This document shows, one piece after another, positions 48,911 through 59,301 of a stretch of DNA of 64,000 bases (positions within the stretch are counted from its first letter, which is position 1; every line of letters begins with the position of its first letter). Below the pieces are notes generated by a model that saw nothing but the letters and a program-made list of their open reading frames with translations, did not search any database and had not been told where the DNA came from. The DNA comes from Candidatus Bathyarchaeota archaeon (GTDB lineage Archaea > Thermoproteota > Bathyarchaeia > Bathyarchaeales > Bathycorpusculaceae): the NCBI GenBank assembly GCA_963767735.1, contig CAVYES010000005.1, positions 192,001-256,000 on the forward strand, given 5' to 3'. A program made the translations under genes and the position numbers.

Positions 48911-49331
48911 GTGGTCTGATTGGACGAAATTCAAACGTCGCGGTCTTCACGCCTGGATTTTGTACGTTCTAGACATTTCGCCGAAAAACGGCGCCGAAAT
49001 AATGGACGCCATGGAAAGCATGAGTCAAGGATTGTGGAGGCCCTCGCCAGGCTCGGTATATCCTCTGCTTGACACAATGACCAAAGAGGGCTCAATAAAA
49101 AAAAGAGACGACAGCAAGTACGAGTTAACCGAGCAGGGAAAAGAGGAAATGGATTGGCCACCTGGAATGAGATCAAACCGCCCGCGAACGTTAGAAGAGG
49201 TCCTGAACGAAATGAACAGCTTCATCTCATACTTTGAAGACCTCGCAAAATCCGACCCCGCTAAACTTTCACCTTATCAAGAAAAAATCAAGGAAATCCA
49301 GTCAAGACTCTCCAAAATAACCAACGCATGA
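48909..49331 (+). CDS. PadR-family regulator
   Basis: RGL..WIL, W.PSPGSVYPLL, YELTEQG. Confidence 0.9.
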   Translation: MWSDWTKFKRRGLHAWILYVLDISPKNGAEIMDAMESMSQGLWRPSPGSVYPLLDTMTKEGSIKKRDDSKYELTEQGKEEMDWPPGMRSNRPRTLEEVLNEMNSFISYFEDLAKSDPAKLSPYQEKIKEIQSRLSKITNA

Positions 49332-49367
49332 CAACCCGTTTAAAAAAAAGAATTAGGAGAAAACAAA

Positions 49368-50393
49368 ATGTCGACAAACAAAATTGATACGTCAACCCCG
49401 AACATAATTACAGTAGAAAACCTTTCAAAAACCTTCGGAAGCCTCAAGGCAGTTGATAACGTGAGCTTCGAGATCAAAGAAGGAGAAATCTTCGGTTTTC
49501 TTGGCCCCAATGGCGCCGGCAAAACCACAACCATCAATATGCTAACGACCCTCCTTAAGCCCACGTCGGGAAAAGCTGTGGTCTGCGGATTCAGCATTTT
49601 TAAAGACGCAAACGAAGTGCGAAGAAACGTGGGAGTCGTTCCACAGGAATACACGGCAGACGAAGACATGTCAGGAATCAACAACATCATTCTCTGCGCA
49701 GACCTTTACGGAATGGCCAGAAAGGATTCGAAGGCTCACGCAAAAGAGCTCCTAAAACTTGTTGAGCTTGAAGACGCAGCAAACAGGAAAGTCTCCACGT
49801 ATTCGGGGGGAATGCGAAGGCGCCTAGAACTCGCCTGCGGACTGATTAACTACCCGAAACTGCTTTTCCTCGACGAACCCACGCTGGGCCTTGACGTTCA
49901 GACGCGAACTGCAGTTTGGAAATACATCAAGACGCTAAAAGAAGAGTACCAAATGACCCTGTTTCTCACTACTCACTACCTTGAAGAAGCCGATTCTCTT
50001 TGCGACAGAATAGGCATAATAGATCATGGTCACTTAGTGAAGATCGGATCGCCCGAAGAGCTCAAGCAAAGCGTAGGCGGCGACGTCATCGTTGTCGACG
50101 TAAGAGAGAGCGAGCCAGACATATCATCAGACATAGCTAAGATCGAGCTTGTCAAGGAAGTTAAGAAGCAAGGCAACAATTACAGGATTAAGGTGAACGA
50201 TGGGGAAGAAGCATCTCCCCAGATAACCGACCTGATCCGATCTAAGGGACTGCACGTTACAAGAATCTCTCTGACTAAGCCCAGTTTAGACGAGGCATAC
50301 CTCGAATTAACAGGCCGTAACCTTAGAGAGGAAGAAGTCGATAAGATGCAGATGTTCCGTCAACGGGTAACTATGAGGAGAGCTAGGTCCTGA
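49368..50393 (+). CDS. ABC exporter ATP-binding subunit (DrrA-like)
   Basis: GPNGAGKT, YSGGMRRR, LFLDEPT, TTHY. Confidence 0.93.
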   Translation: MSTNKIDTSTPNIITVENLSKTFGSLKAVDNVSFEIKEGEIFGFLGPNGAGKTTTINMLTTLLKPTSGKAVVCGFSIFKDANEVRRNVGVVPQEYTADEDMSGINNIILCADLYGMARKDSKAHAKELLKLVELEDAANRKVSTYSGGMRRRLELACGLINYPKLLFLDEPTLGLDVQTRTAVWKYIKTLKEEYQMTLFLTTHYLEEADSLCDRIGIIDHGHLVKIGSPEELKQSVGGDVIVVDVRESEPDISSDIAKIELVKEVKKQGNNYRIKVNDGEEASPQITDLIRSKGLHVTRISLTKPSLDEAYLELTGRNLREEEVDKMQMFRQRVTMRRARS

Positions 50394-50394
50394 G

Positions 50395-51345
50395 GTGACA
50401 ATCATGGGCAAAGACACATCAGACTCCAAAATCGAAGCTTCAAAAGACCCAGAAGACCAAACCAAAACTTCCGAACAAGATTCAGCCCAGCAGGAACGAA
50501 GATTCAGGTCAGCTCCAAAGCTCAACAAGAGCCCCTTTCACGGTTTATGGGCGCTGACACTTAGAGATCTTCGAAAGTGGTACACCAACCCAATCCAACT
50601 CTTTGTGTCACTAATTCAACCAATTATCTGGCTTGGCTTATTCGGCAAAGCACTTAACTTTGGCTCCTTCATCGCCGGGTCGGGAGCCAGCATAGCGCAA
50701 CAGGACATAATTTTGAAGAACTTTTTCGGAACAACAAGCTACTTCTCATTCTTGTCATGCGGAATGCTTGCTTTCATCGTCCTCTTTACTTCCGCTTTCA
50801 GCGGAATGTCAGTAGTCTTCGACCGTAGATTCGGTTTCCTAAACAAAGCTTTGAGCACACCTGTTGCGCGTGGATCAATTGTGATGGGCAAAATCCTACA
50901 AAGTGTCGGCAGATCTCTGATACAAGCAGGCATAGTTCTAGTGGTTGCAGTAGCGCTTGGGATGGAGACGACACATTTCACTCCTCAAGGAATCGCTGGT
51001 GCATTCCTAATCATCTTCCTTATGGCCGTCGGGTTATCTGCGTTGTTCACGGTGCTCGCTCTAAGATCGGGTGACTGGCAAACACAAATGGCAATCATAA
51101 ACCTACTCAACCTCCCGCTACTATTCGCAAGTAACGCATTGTTCCCAGTAAAAATAATGCCAGCTTGGCTTCAAGACGTCGTAAAAGTTAACCCCGTAAG
51201 CTACGCAGTCGACGGAATAAGACAAATGTTGATAGGCGCGACAGGCATGAATAGTCTCTTGCTTGACTTCACGGTTGTGATAGGATTCGCAGTAATATTA
51301 TCCGCAATCGGAATAGTTCTCTCCTGGAAATATCTCTCTAAGTAA
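50395..51345 (+). CDS. ABC-2 permease
   Basis: DRRFGFL, P..IMP.WLQ..NPVSYAVD. Confidence 0.9.
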   Translation: MTIMGKDTSDSKIEASKDPEDQTKTSEQDSAQQERRFRSAPKLNKSPFHGLWALTLRDLRKWYTNPIQLFVSLIQPIIWLGLFGKALNFGSFIAGSGASIAQQDIILKNFFGTTSYFSFLSCGMLAFIVLFTSAFSGMSVVFDRRFGFLNKALSTPVARGSIVMGKILQSVGRSLIQAGIVLVVAVALGMETTHFTPQGIAGAFLIIFLMAVGLSALFTVLALRSGDWQTQMAIINLLNLPLLFASNALFPVKIMPAWLQDVVKVNPVSYAVDGIRQMLIGATGMNSLLLDFTVVIGFAVILSAIGIVLSWKYLSK

Positions 51346-51684
51346 ACTCGCGACAAGCTAAACCAAGAAAACAGCCTCCAACAACCTTCACAACACCTTT
51401 TTCTTTTATTGAAAAGCAAGCCTTTTTCGAGAAGCCAGCTGAGCGCCCACTAACTTGCTGAAAAACATCGAATATGGAAAGGGAACGCCAGGTTTTTTCC
51501 AACATGTAGATGAAAAAGAGGGAAACAATGGCAAAAAATGCTCCGTTGGTGCTGACATCTCTGGCTGGAGGGTTCAAATCCTCTGGTTCACTTCAAAATA
51601 CTAGGCGCCAGCATCAAATTGTGTAAGATTTAAATGATTTCTCCGTGTTACTTGCTTTCATTAAATATTCCCTGAGAACTATTC

Positions 51685-52383
51685 ATGTCATTGATACCAA
51701 CAATATCCAATCCGTTTCTAGGAGCGTTCGCTGGCGGCTTACTGTATGGATTGGCTGTTTGCACAGCAGCGTGTGTGCCTTACATCGCAAGTTACATTGC
51801 AGGCATCGGTGCAGGGTTCCGCAAAGGGATTGCTGTAACAATGATTTTTAATTCCGGGCGGATAGCAGCTTACGCCTTAATCGGCTGTTTGGTCGGTTTA
51901 TTTAGCGGCTTGTTCAGGTTGGCTCTATCTAATACCGCCATTTCGCCATTTCAAATTTATTCCTCAATTACCTTCAGCATCGTGACTATGATTATTGGCG
52001 TTAGCGTTCTTCTAAAGTTAAGATCACCCTGCGAGTGCAACCTACCAAAGAGCAAAACCTCGGTTACTCAGGGAACAACAGGTAGGTTTGGGTTTGATTT
52101 TGGCGCTTTTTCGCTTGGTTTAAGCAGAGGACTAATCTTATGTCCACCGTTAGTGGCGCTTTTAATTTATTCGCTGCCTTTCTCAACTCCATTGGGCAGT
52201 GTGGGGTTAGCTGTCTTGTTTGGTTTAGGAACCGCATTGTCCCCGATGTTGCTGCTTGGAGGAGCTACCGGTTGGCTTCTTAACAAAGCCCCATTGTTGC
52301 GGAAATGGATTTCAATTGGGGGCGCGGGGATTCTAATAGCGCTTGGAATTGCCGAATTAATAAATGCCATAATCAAAATATAA
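51685..52383 (+). CDS. DsbD_2/TauE-like membrane protein
   Basis: C.AAC.P, FNSGRI..Y, LCPP, FGLGT. Confidence 0.75.
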   Translation: MSLIPTISNPFLGAFAGGLLYGLAVCTAACVPYIASYIAGIGAGFRKGIAVTMIFNSGRIAAYALIGCLVGLFSGLFRLALSNTAISPFQIYSSITFSIVTMIIGVSVLLKLRSPCECNLPKSKTSVTQGTTGRFGFDFGAFSLGLSRGLILCPPLVALLIYSLPFSTPLGSVGLAVLFGLGTALSPMLLLGGATGWLLNKAPLLRKWISIGGAGILIALGIAELINAIIKI

Positions 52384-52449
52384 TAAATAGTCAAAATGGT
52401 AAAAAAGAAATGGCTTATAATCAAGCAAGAAGTCATTAATTTTACGAAT

Positions 52450-53667
52450 TTATTGTTGTTCCAACCAGTTTCTTGATTTCATCATTGTTTTTTCTGCAAA
52501 CTTTATTTCCAATGCGCCTTCATAGGGGCATTCTTCAACACATCGCGCGCAGAGTATACATCTGGATTCAGTTACGTCGCCGCCTTTCTTCTCGTACACA
52601 TCTGTTGCTTGGGTTGGGCAAACACGTTTGCAAACTCCGCATTTGGTGCATTTTTGTTCGTTCTTCTGCAATTTTGTCACGGCGATTTGTTTGAAAGGGG
52701 TGAAAGAACTGAATAGTGCGGTTAATCCGCCTAACGGGCAGATTCTGCACCAGACTCGTCTATAGGCTAAAGCTAAAACGGTGATGGTGCTTAAGACGGC
52801 TAAATTTATGGATGTAATGTAAAATCCTGTCATCCAGAGGGGTCCATAGACTATTTTCGAGACGTATGACCACTTCATTTCGCCCAAAGCGCACTCGATT
52901 AATATGCAAAGAGGTCTCATTGGACAAACCAAACAGAAAGGCTCGTTGAGGTTACCCACGATGCCCGCTTCGGTTCCCTCTAGTCCACCCGGAGTGGTGC
53001 CTGGAATAAGGTGGACGCCGAAAATGGCGTATGAAGCAAAGATGACGCTGAGAATTAAAAAAATCGCGATTATAACGTATCGTGATTGTTTGAGTGCCGC
53101 ATTTGTTTTTTCGGAAAAGTGCAGATGCCGCAACCGTGTGGTTTTGCGGATTCGTGTTAACACGTCCATGTATAGGCCAAATGGGCATAGCCAACCGCAG
53201 AAGAACCTTCCCAAAATAATAGCCGCCACAGCCACTAAGCCTATGACTATTCCTATCTTTTCCAAACCTGAGGTAGAGTATAGTACGTCATAGCCTCTTG
53301 AATAATTCCAAAATGGAAAAATGTAAGCTTGAAGTTGCCAAAGTGGACATGTAACGGTTCGCCCATTAGGGTAATAACATGCTAAAACAGGAACAGATAA
53401 GCCGTCTGGAAACTGGTTTCCCAATATATTTGATCCAAGTAGCAGGCTGCGTGGCGAAGGTCCCAAAGGCAGGAATAATTGTTCATTAAAGGGACCCAAG
53501 ATAAGCCCCATGAATATTGCAACGGCAGCGTCTATTTGAATAAAAAGCCTCAGGGAACTGACTTTGCTAGTTTTGTCTTTAGCCAGCCTCAGGATAAGGT
53601 AGATTCCAACCAGTATTATTATTGCGAATACGGGCAATGCGATGTTACTGGGAATTTCCCACGGCAT
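52450..53667 (-). CDS. NapH/MauN-like membrane 4Fe-4S protein
   Basis: GRFFCGWLCPFG, FCLVCP, WCRICPLG, two CxxCxxCxxxCP. Confidence 0.87.
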   Translation of the reverse strand: MPWEIPSNIALPVFAIIILVGIYLILRLAKDKTSKVSSLRLFIQIDAAVAIFMGLILGPFNEQLFLPLGPSPRSLLLGSNILGNQFPDGLSVPVLACYYPNGRTVTCPLWQLQAYIFPFWNYSRGYDVLYSTSGLEKIGIVIGLVAVAAIILGRFFCGWLCPFGLYMDVLTRIRKTTRLRHLHFSEKTNAALKQSRYVIIAIFLILSVIFASYAIFGVHLIPGTTPGGLEGTEAGIVGNLNEPFCLVCPMRPLCILIECALGEMKWSYVSKIVYGPLWMTGFYITSINLAVLSTITVLALAYRRVWCRICPLGGLTALFSSFTPFKQIAVTKLQKNEQKCTKCGVCKRVCPTQATDVYEKKGGDVTESRCILCARCVEECPYEGALEIKFAEKTMMKSRNWLEQQ

Positions 53668-53710
53668 CTTTGCGCTCCCTGCTACTTACATGTGCTCAGC
53701 TTCATATTAG

Positions 53711-54415
53711 CTAAACACTTTTCACCAACTCATCTTTGCTCGAATGCTTTCTGTTCATCACTTTAATTACAACGGCGATGGTGACTGTGGCAATCACTCC
53801 TAACGCTGTTATGATTGCTATTGAATGTTGCTGGTAGAAGGGTAAATTTGAAGGCGCGATATTTCCAAAGTCAAAGCGGATTACGCTTATGTTGCCAGTT
53901 GCACCAGTAATAACTAATGTTCCATCATGCGAAATACTCCAACCATCACCCTCACTAATCACGGCGCCATTGAAACTAACAGTCCATTCATATCCTTCTC
54001 CTGCGGAGCCTGAGCCAAGACCAAGGTTTAGAATCTGAGTACCTTTGCCTTCAGCGATGTAACTTAACCGAACGTTTGGAAACGCCGCATTGTTGGTTGC
54101 TACATAAGAGAGAATTGTTACGTTTGAGTTTTGGGTTGAAATCTCAAAGTTTTCAAGAGGTTGCGATCCCGTTAGGCGCAAATTAGTGAAAGCCCAAGTG
54201 TTATTTTCAAATGTTGCGTTGGAGTAGGTTCCATTTACTGCAAAACCGATACTGCCATCATACGCAGGAACACTGAATTTGTCGGCAGGGTTAATGGCTG
54301 TGTTAGTTTGCGCTTGAATATTGGGGCAGATCATTAGAAAGGTAAATACGATGACAATTATGGCCATTACCGTTGAGCTTTTATTGTTATTAATTGCCAC
54401 AAAGCCACACGCCAT
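53711..54415 (-). CDS. Hypothetical secreted protein with C-terminal anchor
   Basis: Signal-like N-terminus, Asn/Thr-rich body, C-terminal TM. Confidence 0.65.
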   Translation of the reverse strand: MACGFVAINNNKSSTVMAIIVIVFTFLMICPNIQAQTNTAINPADKFSVPAYDGSIGFAVNGTYSNATFENNTWAFTNLRLTGSQPLENFEISTQNSNVTILSYVATNNAAFPNVRLSYIAEGKGTQILNLGLGSGSAGEGYEWTVSFNGAVISEGDGWSISHDGTLVITGATGNISVIRFDFGNIAPSNLPFYQQHSIAIITALGVIATVTIAVVIKVMNRKHSSKDELVKSV

Positions 54416-54582
54416 GCTTAACTATGCACTTATCAAGTTTGGCTAATAATGCTTTAGGCATTAATTCTTTTTGTTACGTCCCGATCAAGCGTCAAGATTA
54501 GCTTGAAGTTGCATAACGAATAATTGCAAAACAAAGAGCTAATAATTCGGGCTCTTGTTGTTCTGATTTAAAGCATATATTC

Positions 54583-55197
54583 TTGAAGAAACAAGCTAGT
54601 TCCGACGAAAAAATCCGGGAGAATCGAAACATGTCTCATAAGAGAGAAGCATATTCAGCGTCAGGCGCCTTTTTTCTGGATAATCCGATAAGACGGTTGA
54701 TTCAGCCGCCTTCCGAACTAATAGAGAAACTTGCCATTAACCCAGACGATGTTGTAGTGGATTTCGGGTGTGGACCCGGCTATTATACCATAGAACTCGC
54801 AAAAAAAGCCAAAAGAGTGGTGGCGATTGACCTTTCGTCTGAGATGCTTAAGAAAGCCCAACACAAAGCTGAGAAAGCAGGAGTAAAGAACATTCAGTTT
54901 TTGCAAAGTAAGGGCATAAACATTCAACTAGAGGACAGCTCAGTCGACAAGGTTCTTCTTGTAACGGTTTACCATGAAGTAGGCGAAAGTGAAGCCGTTT
55001 TAAAAGAGTTCAACAAGATTCTAAAGCCTGACGGAAAGCTGATAATTGTTGAAGTCATAAAGAAAGGCATCTTTCCCGGCGCTCCAGTTCAAAATCCAGA
55101 AACGCTAAAAAAAGAAATCGAAGCAGGAAATTTCAAGCTTGAACAGATGTTGCCTCAAAAGGGTTACGGCATTTTCTTCTTCACCAAAAAAGCTTGA
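54583..55197 (+). CDS. Class I SAM methyltransferase (UbiE-like)
   Basis: VDFGCGPG, AIDLS..ML, ILKPDG. Confidence 0.88.
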   Translation: MKKQASSDEKIRENRNMSHKREAYSASGAFFLDNPIRRLIQPPSELIEKLAINPDDVVVDFGCGPGYYTIELAKKAKRVVAIDLSSEMLKKAQHKAEKAGVKNIQFLQSKGINIQLEDSSVDKVLLVTVYHEVGESEAVLKEFNKILKPDGKLIIVEVIKKGIFPGAPVQNPETLKKEIEAGNFKLEQMLPQKGYGIFFFTKKA

Positions 55198-55350
55198 TAG
55201 GTTGGTCTGGCCGCTCTTTCTTCTTTGCTTATGGTTAGGTTGGCTTTTCCTTTTTTTTCACCCTATTTACTTCAATGCAACCTCAAAAATAATGTATTTA
55301 TTAGCAGGTTAAAAAATGCGAGGTCGTAAGCGAATAAGCGCGCTGCCCTC

Positions 55351-56436
55351 TCAGAGGCCGAAACTGTTGATTATTCTGCCCGAGTTGGCATCTATGACAA
55401 GCACAATCTTGTTTCCATGATGGTCATACTTTGCGAACCATACCGGAGCATGAAGCAACTCCACGTCCCCAACATCCGAATCAGTATGCATCGACTGGAT
55501 CATGTGATATTTCGCGTGAGCCTTTTGTGATTGGAGCTGATCTACCAGAGTCTTTGCCTGCATTTTGGCAACGTCTTCGCTTATGTCTCCGTTGAGGATC
55601 TTAACGCCCTTGGGTAGCTTGGAAATGTCAAATAATGCTCTGCCCTCAAGATTAAATTGGTAGTCCTTAGGCTGATAATCCGTTAGAGCTTTCAGCGCAA
55701 TCACAGGAAAGTTATAGTTCTCATCCATTTGCTCGGTTTTTCTCATTCCGCCTCCCCCCATCCCCATGCCCATGCCAAAAGCCATTATTCTTATCCGCTT
55801 TAACCCGAGAATGCCTGTAAACAGGTTGCTTACTGCAAATTCTCTTTCAAAAGCGCGTCTGCCTCCCATTCCGCCGCCCCTTCTTCCTCCTCCGCCTCCT
55901 CCAAAGCCTCCGCCCATGCCGCCGAATATTACGCCCATCAACGCGGCAGTCGAAGCAGTCTGTGCAACTTGTGCGGTTTCATTTGTTGCGGTGATGCTTG
56001 TGCGTGCAGAGACGCTAACAATCCAGTAAGGCACGTAAGTGAGGCTCATTTCCTCTTGTGTGGAGTCTTCGTGAAGGTGCCTATGCAGAAGACCCTTGTC
56101 CATCATCGGGATAATTATTTTGTTTACGTCGTCAACAGTCGGGACCTTCAATAGAAGCATTGTCTGCTTCTGTATGTTAGTCCAACCTTGTGTTCCCAGA
56201 GTAACTGCGCTGCCACAGTACTCGCAGGTTATAACCATCTCTCCAAATTTGGGCGCGATAGGCGCTCCGCAACTTGGACATTTCAGTGATGCTACTCCAG
56301 AAGGCGCAATAACAGGTCCAGTAGAAGCCGAAGCTACAGCTGGTTTAGGTATAGCATTTACTGTTGTGCTTGCTCCGCACTTCGGACAGAATGCTGCATC
56401 GTCTGGAATTTGAGCGCCACAATTTTGACAAATCAA
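55351..56436 (-). CDS. Multi zinc-ribbon protein with Gly/Met-rich insert
   Basis: CQNCG, CPKCG, CPSCG, CEYCG; YVPYW; IDANSG. Confidence 0.75.
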   Translation of the reverse strand: MICQNCGAQIPDDAAFCPKCGASTTVNAIPKPAVASASTGPVIAPSGVASLKCPSCGAPIAPKFGEMVITCEYCGSAVTLGTQGWTNIQKQTMLLLKVPTVDDVNKIIIPMMDKGLLHRHLHEDSTQEEMSLTYVPYWIVSVSARTSITATNETAQVAQTASTAALMGVIFGGMGGGFGGGGGGRRGGGMGGRRAFEREFAVSNLFTGILGLKRIRIMAFGMGMGMGGGGMRKTEQMDENYNFPVIALKALTDYQPKDYQFNLEGRALFDISKLPKGVKILNGDISEDVAKMQAKTLVDQLQSQKAHAKYHMIQSMHTDSDVGDVELLHAPVWFAKYDHHGNKIVLVIDANSGRIINSFGL

Positions 56437-56600
56437 ATTTTACACCGAATTACTTATTCAAAGTTCAATCTCTTAAATTTTCCTCAAATAACCTCGCTTG
56501 GGGGATTAATAATTTAATATTTCTGCAATTTATCCGAACTTGCTTTTGATAGACCTTTAGGGAAAAAAACTAAATACCCGAATCAGGAATCATACCCCTT

Positions 56601-57290
56601 ATGGCATTTAAAAAGAAAAATAATAACAAAGTCTACGCTGCCATCATCCTTGTAGCCATAATAGCTATTGCCGCAGCTGCGATAGTTTACGTAACCAACC
56701 AACCTGCCCCTTCCCCTAAGCTAATAGTGCCAGGCGTCCATGTAGGCGACACTTTCTATTACAATATAACTGGCTATTGTGATGCCAATCCAGACTCAGT
56801 GGACCCAAATTTCGGAATGTATAATGATACAGCATACTACGAAGTTGCCATAACAGGAGTCACCGGCTCTGTAGTCTATCTTACTTCCGATTGGAAATTA
56901 ACAAATGGAACATTAATTCAGAACTCAGACTGGATCAATTTGGAGAATGGTAACGTTAGTGGCGACTTCTGGGCTATTTACCCTCCAAACCTTACATTAA
57001 ATAACCTGCTTTACCCTCAGGAAGAGAATACTGCACTCATCGTTAACAGCACCACCACTCAAACGTTTGCTGGCTCTACCCGGCCAAGCAATTTCTGGTC
57101 AGGCGATGACGTGCTATATAACACCAACGATCCAACAGGTAGCACACAAGAGTATAACTACATACAAGTCAATTTCGATGCACAAACAGGAATAATGACG
57201 TCCTTAACCAACCTTCAAGAATACAACAACCCGCCATTGGATTTACAAATCACTTGGCAACTTACTAACTCATCACTTTGGGTTGTTTAG
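56601..57290 (+). CDS. Hypothetical membrane-anchored secreted protein
   Basis: KKK plus TM, GVHVGD, FDAQTGI. Confidence 0.7.
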   Translation: MAFKKKNNNKVYAAIILVAIIAIAAAAIVYVTNQPAPSPKLIVPGVHVGDTFYYNITGYCDANPDSVDPNFGMYNDTAYYEVAITGVTGSVVYLTSDWKLTNGTLIQNSDWINLENGNVSGDFWAIYPPNLTLNNLLYPQEENTALIVNSTTTQTFAGSTRPSNFWSGDDVLYNTNDPTGSTQEYNYIQVNFDAQTGIMTSLTNLQEYNNPPLDLQITWQLTNSSLWVV

Positions 57291-57442
57291 CACTCTCTTC
57301 TTTGTTAATGTCTCAACATATGATTTAACATAGAACTGCGACGTCTTCACTTTCAACATTGTTTTGAGTCTTTTGTACGTTGAAAGTATGCGAAAAAATG
57401 AAATAGACCAGCAATCAACAACATAAAGCAAGAGGCATAAAC

Positions 57443-58210
57443 TTGTCGTTTAAAGCAAAAATGCAAGAAGCAGCCAAAAGCAAGAATTCACCGATCGTTT
57501 TAGCGTTGGATCTTCCCTATGAAGCTCCAGAGAACCGCGGTAAAGTTTTGGTTAAAGCCCAAAAAATCCTCAAAGCAGTTCATCCCTACATTTGCGCTGT
57601 AAAGATAAATCATCATCTTACGCTTCCGCTGGGCACGTTTGATGGTGTGGCGCAGCTTGTGGAGCAAATTCGGGGGCAAGGGTTGCTGGCGATTATGGAT
57701 GCTAAAGTAAACGACATAGGCGCAACCAACCAAGTCATAGCTGACTATTATTACTCTGCGGGTTTTGACGCATTAATCGCAAACCCGTTTGTAGGCTGGG
57801 AAGAAGGCTTAAAGCCGCTCTTCGAAGTTTCACAGCGCCTAAACAAAGGCGTTATACTTCTCTGCTACATGAGCCACAAAGGAGCAAGCGAAGGCTACGG
57901 ACAAACAATAATAGATTCAGAAACAGGTGAAAAAACGTTGCAGTATGTTTCCTTTGCCAAAAAAGCGTTGAAATGGGGCGCTAACGGAGTAGTAGTTGGC
58001 GCTACTTATCCTCAAAAAATAACTGAAATAAAGAAGATTCTTGGGGGAAAAGTACCCATTTACTCGCCGGGTGTTGGTGCTCAGGGTGGAGCTGCGGAAA
58101 CGGCGGTTAAGGCTGGAGCTAGCTACCTTATTGTGGGGCGCGAAATCACTATGGCAGGTGACCCGGCTAAAGCGGCAAGTCAGCTTTGTGACTCAGTAAA
58201 AGGAATTTAG
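57443..58210 (+). CDS. pyrF: Orotidine-5'-phosphate decarboxylase
   Basis: LALD, DAKVNDIGAT, VVGAT, PGVGAQGG, IVGR. Confidence 0.93.
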   Translation: MSFKAKMQEAAKSKNSPIVLALDLPYEAPENRGKVLVKAQKILKAVHPYICAVKINHHLTLPLGTFDGVAQLVEQIRGQGLLAIMDAKVNDIGATNQVIADYYYSAGFDALIANPFVGWEEGLKPLFEVSQRLNKGVILLCYMSHKGASEGYGQTIIDSETGEKTLQYVSFAKKALKWGANGVVVGATYPQKITEIKKILGGKVPIYSPGVGAQGGAAETAVKAGASYLIVGREITMAGDPAKAASQLCDSVKGI

Positions 58211-58216
58211 ACGGGT

Positions 58217-58372
58217 TTATCTTTGGCGTTTGTTTTCCCAGAGCTCTTTCTTCAGCAAATCACGGACAGAAGAGCGAATCACGCTGCTTCTACTCGGATA
58301 CATGTTAGCTCGGACTAATTCATCTAAACCTTCCAGATAAGCTTCTGGTAACAAAACCGTTACAAGTTTCAC
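58217..58372 (-). CDS. Ribbon-helix-helix regulator (CdrS/aCcr1-like; not in ORF track)
   Basis: MKLVTVLLPEAYLEGLDELVRANMYPSRSSVIRSSVRDLLKKELW; GAGGAG RBS. Confidence 0.85.
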   Translation of the reverse strand: MKLVTVLLPEAYLEGLDELVRANMYPSRSSVIRSSVRDLLKKELWENKRQR

Positions 58373-58452
58373 TTTGTTTATTCCTCCTCAACTATATCAT
58401 GCTTATAACATGCCCCAAATATAAGAGTTAACCAGCAAAAACCCCAGCTAAA

Positions 58453-59301
58453 TCATAGACTTCTAAGCTGATTTAACGTTCCCAGATATGTGCCATCCAA
58501 AAGGTAAAGCTCAGAATTATCAACATCGACGGCTTCCGAGCGCAACACTGGTCCAATCAATGCTTCGCTACCGATTTCTTTTCTGGGTCTTGTTTCGTTT
58601 ACTGGTCTGCCGCCGAGGAAATCGTTGAAGCTGGGCATTATGAAGATTTCCTTCACCTTCAACCTGATATTATAGTGCTTCTTGAGTGTTTCAGCTACTG
58701 TGCCTTTGATTTTTACGTTGTGCTTCTGCAGCAGAATCTTTGCCAGGGCTTCGGAGTTACAGTTTACCCTCATCCACACTTGTCTTGTAATTTTAAAGCC
58801 TATTGGGTCACGGAATACTACAACGGGGTGCAAATGCCCCATAACCAAAGTTTTGCAGCTAAGCAGGGTAGGCGAGGGCCATTTGTGACCATGAAAAACG
58901 CCTATGTCACCGATTACCGTTCCCGTTGCGGGCAGAAGCCGAACGTTTTCGGGCAATAAAGGTTCAATGTTAGCGTCATGGTTACCCCGTACAATAGCTA
59001 TGTCACCAACGTAGCTTTGCAATTTAGCAAAAAAATCGGGAATATCATGCCACTCACCCATTTCGCTGGAAATAACAGTGTATTTTACGTCACCAAGAAT
59101 AACCAGTTGCTGCGGCTTATATTTGGTGATAATCGCCGTTAGCTTGTTAAGGATTTTTGGCGTTTGGCTTGGAACATGAATGCCTTTTTCTTGAAGCGAG
59201 GTTTCCCAACCGAGGTGCGGGTCAGCGATGAGAAGAGTTATAGTTTTTCCATTTTTTATCAATGCCGCTGGGTGAGGCCAAAGCAAACTCAACATGGACA
59301 T
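58453..59301 (-). CDS. Metallophosphoesterase
   Basis: ADPHLG, LGD, GNHD, HGH, GHLHP, PSFN. Confidence 0.88.
   Translation of the reverse strand: MSMLSLLWPHPAALIKNGKTITLLIADPHLGWETSLQEKGIHVPSQTPKILNKLTAIITKYKPQQLVILGDVKYTVISSEMGEWHDIPDFFAKLQSYVGDIAIVRGNHDANIEPLLPENVRLLPATGTVIGDIGVFHGHKWPSPTLLSCKTLVMGHLHPVVVFRDPIGFKITRQVWMRVNCNSEALAKILLQKHNVKIKGTVAETLKKHYNIRLKVKEIFIMPSFNDFLGGRPVNETRPRKEIGSEALIGPVLRSEAVDVDNSELYLLDGTYLGTLNQLRSL

Noticed and set aside
51550-51591. T-arm-like GAGGGTTCAAATCCTC
   Set aside because: No acceptor or D arm and no partner repeat in the window; too short to call.
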